Shown: positions 51,086 to 63,260 of the stretch, piece by piece
How positions within the stretch are numbered: position 1 is the first letter of the stretch
Layout of the letters: every line of letters starts with the position of its first letter
Assembly: GCF_018350175.1 (NCBI RefSeq)
Contig: NC_058368.1
Span: 207,268,001 to 207,332,000 of the forward strand
DNA length: 64,000 nucleotides
From: Felis catus
Lineage: Eukaryota
Direction: 5' to 3'
The notes under the pieces: model-generated
Seen by the model: only the letters and a program-made list of their open reading frames with translations
Databases searched by the model: none
What the model was told of the DNA's origin: nothing
Program-made: the position numbers and the translations under genes

Positions 51086-53574
51086 TTTTTAAATGATGCC
51101 AATAGTTCATGGAATCAGATGATAATGGCTTAACGTATCCATCTCAAATTCGCATATTCCTAACAGGGACCAGAAAGAGAACAAGTCCACAGACCCGGGC
51201 AAGTGTTTCAAGGCCAGAAAGAACAGTGAGCAACGTTGTTGTTGTAGCTTAAATGACAGTATTAGCGTACGATAATCTAGCAGCTGATGGGTAGACGAAA
51301 TCTATGGGAAACAGAAGGAAAGGTAGCAAAAGCCAACCTTGCTTGTCTGACATCCAGGGAAGGGGTACAGAATCTTGATTTTAGAAAAGGTTTACTGGTA
51401 AAAGTGCTTTTGACTATGGCATAGGTATACCTGTTCTTACCTACTGTGTATTGACTTTCAGTTCAACTCTCAAAATACAATCAGGAGGCATGGGAGCTCC
51501 ACTTGCTGGTAGCCTCATGCTACAGGGAACTTCCACACCAGAGGCACCTAACTGGAGCCCTGGACTGCTAGGACTTCTGTGGATGCTCATCAAGGAGTCT
51601 CTGATCCTCCTGAACATTGGTAGAAACTTTACTGTAAGCAGATAATCCACAGCTTGCAATCCTCAAAAGGGACCTTGATCTGCCAAAAGATACGAAGCAT
51701 TTTTTTATACTGTTTTTTGTTTTTTGGTTTTGGTTTTCCTTCCATGACTCATGTTGGTCTCCATGGTAAGAGTTTTGCCTTAGTCATCTGGGCAAATCTC
51801 CTTTTCCTCACAAACGTTAATCTAAAACTTTATTGATCTGGTCAAGAAATCTCCTGCTCAACCTTTCATATACTTGTGAAAGGCACTAAGTGTCTCTCCA
51901 GAAAAGTCCTTCTAGTGTGCGAGCACCAGTTTTGTGAAGTCCCCCTCCCTGGCCCCACCACATAACAGATTTTAAGGTGAAGCCTAAGGGGTTTGAAGTC
52001 AACACAGGAAATGTACAAAAAGAAAGAAAACCTTCCCCATCCCAGGTTTTCCTCCTTCTCCACTGAGCTTCATGCTTGGGATCTCAAGACTCTGGGCGGA
52101 GAAAGCGCAAAGAAAGGCCACTGCCACATTGTTTTAAAACAGCTAGCCGGAAGCATGTAAAACGCGGTGAAGAAGACCACGTAGCTAGAAGCAAACTGCA
52201 AACGCTTAAGAGTGGATTTGTCACTCATGCACAAATTGGGGATCAGTCTCTATTGTCCTGGTAGCTCCAAGCAGGGAACTGCCTGTCTCCCTGTTGACAT
52301 AGGGCGGTCCTAGAACAAAGAAAGTTGATGACATAAACATATCCTTTTTCCCAGCACTTGAGTGTGTGTGATTTAACCTTTAACTCTTGCTTGTTGATGT
52401 AGGTGAGATGTCAAATATTTTCTACTGAACTGTTTGGCAACTGTTTAAAGCGTTTTCATCACTCACCCACTAAGGTGTAGCCGGGCTCAGTCTAACGGGC
52501 ACCGTAAGAGAGTCGCCTCCCCCACCCTGTCTCCTCCTCTGGGCCACTTCCCCCCCCCCCCCCACCAGACCGAAACAGGAAAGCCAGCGACAAAGAGCAG
52601 GGATCAGCCTGGTAGTCACTGTAAATCTGCAATTACTTAAAGTGTCGCTTCCTGTTTTTTTGAAAGAATACTCTCCTAGCACGGAATAGAGACTGAGGTC
52701 TTGTGATCAACTGTGAACAAATGATTTAAATTGTGACATAAACAATAAGGAACCTAGTATCAGATACTGTAATCCCATTTTCATTCTCCTTTAATTCTTT
52801 AGACTCAGGCAAAAAGCCTGTTCCTTCCTCTAGATCAAACCTCCATCCTGAAAAAACAAAACAGTGCCTTCTGCCCACTTCGTACTTGGAGGAAACCCGT
52901 TCCAACTTTTCCTGAGGCTGAACTCATCTGTCTACTCATTCAGGATAAAGATTTTTAAATGGATACATTTCTGTTTAATGTTTAAGCCAAAGGCACGAAG
53001 TCGTTGCTAGTTTTGCCTTTGCAGGACAAAAGTCCTTCCACCACCAAAAGGAAAAAGAAAGTGTAAAAACTCTCAGCAGTGTAATTTCATATCTATTTTT
53101 TTCTTAGTGGTCATTCTTGCTCCCTTAGATATAGACAATTCTGCCGGGGGATTAAAAAAGAAAAAGGGCTCTTAAGCTACTGGCAAAATAACAGCACACC
53201 TGGAGAAATCAGTTTGGGTAAACTAAACACCACCCATTAGCATTTTCATCTTTTCAGTCTGGAGCTTGCACTTATTTCTTGGAAAGGAAATCTCTGTCTC
53301 ATGAAAGAAAGCTGGTTATGCCTGGTGCTCAAAAGCAACAGGGGAGGTGGCAGGGCGGGGGTGGGGTGGAGGAAGGTCACTGCATGACTCAGAGAAGTTT
53401 GGCTTCCATAATTAATATTTTTAGGCCATCTTACTTCATATTTAAAATAGAATTATACTGTCAGAGGGAAAAAACCAACACATAGCTAAAGCAGGATTTC
53501 TAAATTATACACATACACACAGAGACTATTACACAACTAAACCAAGTGTGCCAAAGCTACATATATGCGTGTGA

Positions 53575-53611
<37 letters not shown>

Positions 53612-53744
53612 AAATCACACATAGCTAAGGTAGAGTGTGTCTTTTATGTCTATTGGATCTAGATTTTTAAATCATCCATGCCCCATTGTATAAGATTTCC
53701 TCAGCCAAACTGTCTAGTGGGCAATGCATGAAAATCTTTCTACA

Positions 53745-53967
53745 GTCGGCACCTGGGTGGCTTGGTCGATTAAGCGTCCAACTTCAGCTCAGGTCACGAT
53801 CTCACAGTTTGTGGGTTTGAGCCCTGCATCAGGTTCTGTACTGACAGCTCAGAGCCTGGAACCTGCTTCAGATTCTGTGTCTCCCCCTCTCTCCCTGCCC
53901 CCCCCCACGCTCTGTCTCTCTCTGTCTCAAAAATAAACAAACACTAAAAAACAACAACAACAACAAC
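53745..53967 (+). mobile_element. CanSINE with (CAA)n tail
   Basis: SINE body. TSD aatctttctaca / aatctttcaaca. Confidence 0.96.
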
Positions 53968-56013
53968 AATCTTTCAACAAGAATGTTTGAAGTAGCCATG
54001 GGCTCAGTTCCTATCTCACCAGTCATTTAGAGCAGCCATAAAGATTACTGCACCTTGAGAGGAAGAGGTAAGAAATCCATCACCATGAGAGGAAGAGGTG
54101 ACAAATCCTACACTTTTGGAGCCATGAAACCTATCTCAAACACCATCTATGCGTCACTCCATGTGCAAACAATTCAGTGGCCCAAGGGCTTTAAAAAGTT
54201 TGCATACGAGTCAGAAATGGCCTGAGGATTGCCACTGAAAGGTATCCTTTGACATAAAACGTTTTATCTGTAGAAAACAGGTCTTGGGGAATTGATAAAA
54301 GTATGGTTCACACTTGCTAAACATCAGCTTCAAATTCCTATTTCGGTCATATCAAATTTCTAAATCACCGGTTAGAGAATATGAAAGTTGATACGGTTCA
54401 GTCGGACACAGCCGTGACTCCTCAGGGAGCTAAACTTTGTGGGGCTCATATTTTAATTCACAGATAGACAGGGAAAGGGCAAGAGCAAAGGACAGAGGTA
54501 AATAAAGCTGTGCATCATTCCAGAGCAACTCATTTCAGGGACACAATTTCATCAAAAGCCTCTATTACTTGACTGAACTTAATGGGTTTTTAAAGATGAA
54601 CTTTCATCAGATTATGTCTAATATGCAAGCAAAGCCTGCAACTCCTCTGTGTTTTGTTTTTTGAAAGTATTTGATTAAAGTTCTGTGGCAAAACGTATCT
54701 TTTGTGGAAATTAGGAGCATCAGGGTGTTAAAATGGCGGCACCATATTTAAAAGAAAAGAAAGGGAACAAGAATAGGGGCATGGGTAAAGTACCTCCTGG
54801 AGAAGACCACCATTATGAATTTGAATGTCAAAGAAGAAGCAAATGGAAAAAGATCTGTTCGGTCGCAGAGAATTTAAATCTGCCGCCTATCAAAATGTTC
54901 ACTGCTGCAGAGTCTTGCCGGGCATGTGGCCTGACCCCTTCCTCCGCTCTTCCACTCCTGTCCAACTATTCCCAGATCCTCCTCCCCCATTTGTCTCTCT
55001 TGCATGTCTCCTTTTTGTTCTTCTTTTCCCTTCTAGGCTCCATGCTGTTGCCAAAACCTATAATTCATTAGAAAATTAGCAATGATGTTGTATTATTGAA
55101 ATCATATGCCCACAAATCCAAATGCATACATATAGCACACACACACATGTGCAATTTGCTCACTATTGTAAGTCAAATAAATGAACTTGGGGGCTATTTG
55201 TAAGAGCATACTTATCAGGTGAGTAAATTAATGATGACAACACTACATCCTTACCTAGCATGTCACCCCCTTACCTAGCCCGTCACTTGGTGCATTATAA
55301 AATAGGGAACACACCAGACCTGATTTCTTAGGAGACATTTTGGGAGCTAGGGGAGAAGTCTGAGGGCCGTATGCTCCCTTTCCCTGTAGTCTGCGTGGCC
55401 CTTAGAGGGGCTCCTGTGCACTTGTCCAGACTCCTCACCTTCTGAGTTTCCCCTTTCAGCCTGCTAGCCAGCATTCAGTTGCTGGAACACTTCCTCTTGC
55501 CATGTATTTTCACCTTAGTTTACATTTGTCTATACCATATCGACTGTTACGCTCTCCCGGTTACCAAGTCCCACTGATAATGCTCACAATTCCATGATCA
55601 CTCAGGCACATGCTAAGTCTCATTCGGGGATGAAACGTCCCTGAGACAAAGTACATGGTAGTTGCGTCTGTGATGTAATATGTCAATATAGCAAGACAAT
55701 TCGGCTGGAGTAAAGAATCCATTTACTCTAGTGGGGTGAAAGAATGCCACTGATCGTTTTGGCCTCCTGCCCCCTAAACAAGTAGTTGACTGACTACCTT
55801 TTTCTTCCCTTCACCTCCAACAATATAGTTCATTTTCAAGAAAGTTTGTTTTCAAGGAAGTTCATTTCAAGAAACCTAGGGTTTCTTCAGGGTCTCTTTC
55901 TCTAGGCTTGAATCAGGGCATATTAAAAAGTGAAAAAGCAATCAAGAACACACTGATTTTAAAGTTAACAAAAAAAGCTTTCATCTTTAAAGAAGAGGAA
56001 ACAAGGTCCAAGC

Positions 56014-56051
<38 letters not shown>

Positions 56052-56129
56052 AATACAAAGTCAACTATAAAAGTAGCTTTAATGTACTAAATTTGCTACT
56101 TAAATGATAATATGGAATGTAGGTAATGG

Positions 56130-56960
56130 AGCTGTGAAATGGCATTCTTATTGAGAGATTACACATTGGCACATCCCTTTTGGAAAACAGCTGCTGGTGT
56201 GTAGGAGAATTTTAAACATAAGTTGGCAATTTATTTAAAATTTTCAGGCACTTGGCCAGGGATTCTACTACTATAAATGTAAGCTATAAATGAAAATCTA
56301 CAATGAACACCAAGATTTATGCAGAAGGCTATTATTCCTTCCATCAGTGTTATAAACAGCAAAGGGTTGGTAGTAACCTAAATCCTGATGATACGTGTAT
56401 ATTTAAATTATAGTCCACCTATGGAATTTAATATTAGGTGGACATCGAAAATCAGATTTACAAAGACTACTATCTGACATATAAAAAGTATGTACTGTTG
56501 GGGCTCCTGGGTGGCTCAGTCGGTTAGGTGTCCGACTTCAGCCCAGGTCACTATCTCGCAGTTTGTGAGTTCGAACCCCTTGTCAGGCTCTGTGCTGACA
56601 GCTCAGAGCCTGGAGTCTGCTTCGGATTCTGTGTCTCCCTCTCTCTCTGCCCCTCTCCTGCTCGTGCTCTGTCTCTGTCTCTCTCTCAAAAAATAAATAA
56701 ACATTAAAAAAAATTTTTTTTAAATATGTAGTATTCAAGAAGAAAATTCAGGATATTAAACTGTATCTGCAGCAGTTCTCAATGTATAAATATATGTAAA
56801 TAAATACATCTGCATAAAGTAAAAACATAGAAAGAAATTTGGAATGAAATATACCAAAATAGTGGCTGTATTTGGATAGTAGGATTATAGGTGATTTTGA
56901 TAATATTTTTCTATTTTTCTCTGTTCTCCAAATTTCCATAATCCACATGTATTAAAACTT
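56130..56960 (+). mobile_element. Old L1ME-type 3' end, interrupted by a SINE
   Basis: 'attggcacatcccttttggaaaacag', 'taacctaaat', 'ataccaaaatagtgg...ggattataggtgatttt...ctccaaattt'. Confidence 0.6.
56500..56721 (+). mobile_element. CanSINE
   Basis: Full SINE with a degenerate TSD (tatgtactgtt / tatgtagtatt). Confidence 0.96.
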
Positions 56961-57248
56961 TTGTTAATCCAAGCAACATTTTTTTCCTCTACCTCTGCAA
57001 TCGTCACCAACTTTATTAAATTCTTTTAAGTAACTTGACTAGCACTGATGTCTCCTTCTTTCTTATATTCTCACCTTAATATTTTTTTCCTTAGTTACTG
57101 CTGCTGACTCACAGTTCCCCAACTGTCACTTTTGCCTTGCTGTATATCCGCTGATGGGGGCCCTCCTCACCCCCTCCTCGTGCTTCAGAAGCCTGCATAT
57201 TCGCTCTTTGTAACTTCGATATTCGGATGTCATAGTCCATAATCGGTG

Positions 57249-57680
57249 CGTCTTGGGTAGGAGGCCCTGAAAACAGAGCCTAAGAAAAGGCTTCAGATAT
57301 ATGCACTTTGAGGGAGAAGTCTTTAGGAAAAACCAGGAAGGAAATAGACGAACCTAGACAGTGAAGGGGAAAGAACCAAGGAAGGATGTGGACTCAGGTA
57401 AAGAGTAGCCTTGACTGGTGCCCAGGAGACTGGAGCATAAATCACACCTCAGAGGTGTCTCACCTTGTGGCTATGTGGCCAGGCTTTTGTATCCCTAAAC
57501 CCGGCAGTCATTGGCCACTCAGGAGGATGGGGGAAAGGTGACACTTTCACCTCCCCAGCAGGTGGCTCTCATCAGCTAAAGGCAACTCTCCAGAAAGAAT
57601 GCAGAAAACACCTGAGGAGGGGGGTGCACCAGCTGGCAAAGGAAATCTGGGTGGGGCACCAAAAGAATCTACGCTTATGG
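57249..57680 (-). mobile_element. ERVL LTR (LTR16-like)
   Basis: 'gtcttgggtagg...cctgaaaacagagcctaagaaaagg...tttgagggagaag' resembles antisense LTR16. Confidence 0.5.
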
Positions 57681-57775
57681 TAATTTTGGAAAAGAGGAGA
57701 AGGAAATGGGGGCAGGCGCGGTGGGGGTGGGGAGGCAGTTTTAAATGAATCAGGAGGGTCAAAAGGACACACTTT

Positions 57776-58012
57776 AAAATCTTTTTTTCATGTTTATTTT
57801 TGAGAGAGAGACAGACAGAGAGACAGAGAGACAGAGAGACAGAGCATGATCATGATCGGGAAGGGGCAGAGGGAGAAGGAGACACAGAATCCGAAAGCAG
57901 ACTCCAGGCTCTGACCTGTCAGCACAGAGCCTGACAAGGGGTTCAAACTCACAAACTGTGAGATCGTGACCTGAGCTGAAGTCAGACACCCGACTGAGCC
58001 ACCCAGGTGCTG
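57776..58012 (-). mobile_element. CanSINE
   Basis: Reverse SINE. TSD caaaaggacacacttt (57760-57775) / caaaaggatacacttt (58013-58028). Confidence 0.96.
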
Positions 58013-60689
58013 CAAAAGGATACACTTTTAAAGTGATGCTCCCATCCCAACTTGGAAGAATGAAGAGGCAGGGCATTATTATAGTAGACCACAAGCAGAT
58101 TGGATCATAGGAAGGCACTTAAAAATCCCAAAAGAGTTTTAACAGAGGAAACTAAAGAGATTCCTGCTTAAGTGAGCCCCTCTATTTACTCCGAGATCCT
58201 GAGACAGTTTGGACAGCAGGTATATTTAATTTCCTCTAACACTAATACTTTTTCCATACAACCATGAGCCTTAAAAACAGGTGCTAGATTTCCCCTAGAG
58301 ATGGCTTAATTTTGGAATCTGATGAAAGGGCTCCTTGGTCCGGTGGTGCAAATTACTGAGACACTGGGATAAGAGGATCTATAAACTCTGCTATAAAAAC
58401 CTCCACCATTCTTAGCTTTGATGTCCTGGTGTTACCAACAAATACGATATACTTTCCAAATGTTCCTCTTCATTCACTCATGCTCTGTGGACTGAGCTGT
58501 GGGGATAGCTGAGGAATCCCTTGGTAGCAGAACAATTTAGGTCATGGGAGAATAACCTCAGATCTTTTCAAGGCTAGGTCTACAGGTTCGGAATCTGCTG
58601 TCACCTGAACGAAGAAGCCAGTCCGATCTATTACTGGATGTTAGATCCAAAAACTCCTTCCTTTTCAACACATTACAATCTTATTGTGTAGACGCCCCTC
58701 CCCCCCCCAAAAAGAGCGTGTTTTTCTAACTTCCTCACAATTCAAACAAAAGAAGCTCCAAAGCGAATAACGAAAATATTGACAAGTATTAACACAGAAT
58801 GTACAGAATAGGGAAGAGAGATTGTTAGAAATGCTAGAAAAGAATGTGAGAAGTGGAAAGGAAAAGAGACATTTGAAAACATCTTTCTCTTTACTAAGCA
58901 ATTTGTTTCCTAACGTTTTTGTGGCTCCAGTGATAGTCTTCAGGAAACTTGGTGATGTCATTTCCTTTCAATCGGCCAGTTACATAAAGGTTGGGAAAGA
59001 GCCAAGTAAAACAGCTCTCAAACAGATGGCCATGTGTGTAAATGCCAGAAAGTGAGAACAGCCATTTGCAGTATTTTTTTTTTTTTTACCCCACACATGG
59101 TATAATGTTTATTTTACAACCTCTCTTATAGACTTATGTGGATCATTCTTGTCATTTTTCTAGGGGAAAAAATCCCGAAGGAAGCACTCATAAAATACAA
59201 AAGACCAATCATGAAATAGTGAAAAATAAGGTAACGCGCAAGTGCGCATTGCATCGAGAGAGCATAAACCATCAAAGAGTGGTCCACCTAATGCTCTCCG
59301 GGGGGTCAAACATGCTAGAAAAAAAAATATCTCTGTCAGGAAATTTCAAGTGAGGGAGATTCAACCGCGAGGCAAGGAATTTGTCTTATGGTCTTCAAGG
59401 AATTAGCAATGAAATGCCTGCGTGGTTTACAAAAAGGCACACTTTCTAGATTTGCTTTTATCCCTTCAGAACAAATCGAAATGTAGCGGCAGAGTTCCTT
59501 CACAATGAGTGGTCCACGAATCTCCCTGTTCCAAGCACATATTGATGTAATCAAGAGGAGTTTACACTTTTGTAACTGTGAAGAATTTCAGTTATGCATA
59601 ATAAAACACAGCAAGGAGTTGGAGGCTTTTCAGCTTCAAAAACTAAATACTGTGCTTGTTGTCTGCAATGACTGATAATGGCGTTTTCTGTCCTTGCTGC
59701 TAATGAAAATGAAACATGGCTGTTCTTTTAATACCCAGTACAGCACATGTTATGCAGGTTCAAAGAAAAGTAAGTTAATCCTTCATAACTTCTATCAGTT
59801 AGCTTCCTTTGATAGTTCAATATTTCAATTAAATAAGGACATGTACATTTTCTAAAAATCTAACCCTCTTAAATCCAAGTGACATAGATATCAGTAAGAG
59901 TAGGCTAATCATGGTCCTTCTTTTGATCGCTTTCTTCTTTGTTAAAATGTCTCTTTTATTTCCATGGAGATTAAAGAATTTGCTTTCTCTTTCATCCATC
60001 CAATTTCCACACGTATGTAATTATGGATTCTGGTCTCTACTTGAATATATTGCTGTAAAATGTCAGATTTATTTGTTCATGATATTTAGTAAACAACAAT
60101 TATGGGCCAGTGACTGAGTCAGAAATGAGTAATAAATAAAGAGATACCAACTGAGAGATCTCTACTGAAACGGGTCAAAGTATTTTCAGATTTTTATTTA
60201 AGTATTACGTTTTTTTGCTCTCTTTCAGAGCTTCTCCCTAATTTTGTGCTATTCTAACACTTGGATCCCAGGAAAATCTTTGGAATTCTGTTATTTCTTG
60301 TGACGTCTATACCTCTTAGGTCGGGGAAGGACAGTTTTAGAGACCCTATTACCTTAAGGTCGGATTGTGTCCTCAAAAGGGTTTTCTGCTTATTTTGGAC
60401 CCTGCTGCCTGAGCTCCACCAAGCAGAGTAATAAGTTCCATATGCCCATTTTTTTGAAGAACACATTTTCAAAGCAGCAAATGTTTTGACGGATTGGCTT
60501 TTGGAGAACCTGAATACTGTTATACACATCGTTTAGCATTTCACAAGACCCCTACTGTTAAATTCTGGGAACGGGGCCAGGGTAACCTACCTACTGGTGT
60601 TCTAAGTAACGCGAAAATATTGAGAATTCTTAGCCATCATGCCTCACTAAGACATATCTGGAATGTGAGGATTTCATTACTGCCATGGA

Positions 60690-60692
<3 letters not shown>

Positions 60693-60729
<37 letters not shown>
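60693..60729. repeat. (TG)n microsatellite
   Basis: Directly visible. Similar (CA)n runs occur at about 53579-53609 and 56015-56049. Confidence 0.95.
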
Positions 60730-60730
<1 letters not shown>

Positions 60731-61183
60731 ACGTGGGCTTGTACATGCACATGTGTGCTCAGGTACATTATAAGTAAAAGAAAGGAACAGCCTCTTAGAG
60801 TCAAGAAATGAACAGCAACAACAACAAAAACCTGATAATGGGAGTTTTAAATGTTTAAGCTTCTAAATCTTTCATCTAAGGTGGTTATAAATTCTGGCCT
60901 TAAATATAGGAGAAACAATGGAAAGATACAAAAAATACAATAGTGGGCATACAGTAGGTGTTAATCTTGTTTCCTCCAGGTAAAAAATTTCATAAAGGCT
61001 TCTTGCTTGCCTTATATCATCATCTCTGTGCATCCTGTATTACTCATATGAATAAGCATTCTTTGAATGCCTTCCCAGATTTGCTTAAATTTAATATTCT
61101 GCTGGGACAGCTCTTGCTTCCTCCCCCCACTCCAACCCTGGGATTCTGAATTAGTAGATCTGCGGTTGGGCGCTGGAATTTCT

Positions 61184-61402
61184 TTTTTTTTTTTCTTCCC
61201 AACGTTTATTCATTTTTGGGACAGAGAGAGACAGAGCATGAACGGGGGAGGGGCAGAGAGAGAGGGAGACACAGAACCGGAAACAGGCTCCAGGCTCCGA
61301 GGCATCAGCCCAGAGCCCTAGGCGGGGCTCGAACTCACGGACCGCGAGATCGTGACCTGGCTGAAGTCGGAGGCTTAACCGACTGCGCCACCCAGGCGCC
61401 CC
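61184..61402 (-). mobile_element. Young-type SINEC_Fc inserted in a MER5-like hAT fossil
   Basis: CpG-rich SINE. TSD tggaatttct (61174-61183 / 61403-61412). The flanks 'gattctgaattagtagatctg...ggaatttctatttttaa' are MER5A-like. Confidence 0.96.
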
Positions 61403-61651
61403 TGGAATTTCTATTTTTAAGAATCACCTCAAGTCTTTCTCAGGACCCAGTGGAAACCTTTAGGAAATCTTAGGAGACACTTCCAAAGCCAAAAATCAAG
61501 ACTTTATCTATACACTCACCAAATCTGCTATTCCCAATTAGTTTTCTTTTAATTGATTGACTTCTGAATCACTGACATGTAATCTATCCTTTTGTTGGCA
61601 TTGTATTATTACTTCTGCATTTGATCTTTCACTTTATTCCAATATCTGACT

Positions 61652-61993
61652 TGTCTTAGCCCATGCAACAGAAATACCACAGGTGGGCAGCCTATAAACA
61701 ACAGAAATTTATTTCTCACAGCTGGAGACTGAGAAGTCCAAGATCAAGGCACCAGCAGTTTCTGGGCTACTCTCTCTGGTTCATAGCCAGTGCCTTGTAA
61801 TTGTAACCTCACATGGCAAAAGGGACAAGGGGCATCTCTGGGTGTTCTTTTATAAAGGCACTAGTGCCATTCATGAGGGCTTCAACCTCATAACTTACTC
61901 ACCTCCAAAGCCCCCACCTACTATTACATCACATTGAGGGAATAGGTTTCAACATATGAATTTTGGAGGGATGCAAATATTTTGTCCAGAGCA
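61652..61993 (-). mobile_element. MaLR solo LTR (MLT1A/B-like)
   Basis: 'aaataccacagg...aacaacagaaatttatttctcacag...gaagtccaagatcaagg...tttcaacatatgaattttggaggg'. 5-bp TSD tgact/tgtct. Confidence 0.88.
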
Positions 61994-62689
61994 TGTCTCT
62001 TTGAAGAAAGTATTATATACAGGTGATCTGAGTGTCCAAAGTGAGAAAATTTTAAACTACTATTTATGGTAAGAAATGATACACCATGGTAACATATTTC
62101 CTTACAGAAATGTGGTTCATTAGGAAAGGGGGTACAAGGAACCTGAAGAGAAAATGTTAAGAATTATTGCTCAATAGCAGTAATGCAATCCAATAGTTTC
62201 TGATCATGTAAGGCAGTGGATGCATTTTACTTGATTTTTTAAATATGGGAAGCATAAGGAAGCAGTATAGCAAGGAATGCAGTCAGATGTCTATATTAAA
62301 ATCTCAGAGTCTTTGGAACATTAAGGTCTTGAGCCTATTAACTTCTCTAACCTCTTGGAAGCCTCGTTTTCTTCATCTCTTACAAGGGAGGTCTGCTTCT
62401 TAAAGCTGATTGGAGATTTAGAGAGAGAATCTATATAGACTTTGACATGTGACAGGTGCCCATAAATTTTTACCTTTATCATTATTATTAATATCATTAT
62501 TATTGAAATATTAATTGATGGCCTGCTATTAGCTAGTCATGTACAATGGCTCAAGACCCCTGTCCTGTGGGGAGTCTAGTGGAATGGACAGAAAGTAAAC
62601 AAATATTGGATACAAATCAAACAGAATTTCAGATCTCACTAAATGCTAGGAAATTTGAACCACACTGAGAAATTTTAATACAATCACTG

Positions 62690-63260
62690 CCATTCACTCA
62701 TTTATCCAGCAAACATTTATTGAGCACCAACTTTGTGTTAGATATCACATGCAATATAATTTAAAGGTTATTGGTACCTCTTAAGGTATTTATCCAACCT
62801 GTGAGATGAAACTTAGAAAAATAACCACATTAGAAACTTAGAAAAATAACCACATTACAGTGCAGAATGTTTTAACAGCCATGAGAGACGTACATGAAAA
62901 GTACTCAGAAATTCAAAAGCCCAAGGGATTTCTTTTTACTGGTCAGATCAGGGAAGAATATTAGGAAGAAAAATCACATTTTGAAGTGCTTCATGTGAGA
63001 TTTACACGAGGAAACCACATACAAAAAAGTGCTGGGCAGGAAAGAATAGAGCATACCGGGGGAAGAAAACATGTCTGATCTGGCTGGAGTGTATGAAAAG
63101 GAGTGATAAAGTTTTAAAGGGATTTCCAAACTGATCATGTGGTTTGGGATACAATCATGTAAAGAACAGGAAGTCACTTAAGGTTTCTGAGCAAAAAACT
63201 GTCATAGTCTGGCAAAGGTGCGTTCACCCAGCAGGAACATATGGGAAGGACCGGGCAGGA
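62690..63260 (-). mobile_element. L2 3' end fragment
   Basis: 'cattcactcatttatccagcaaacatttattgagcacc' is the typical antisense L2 terminus. Confidence 0.75.
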
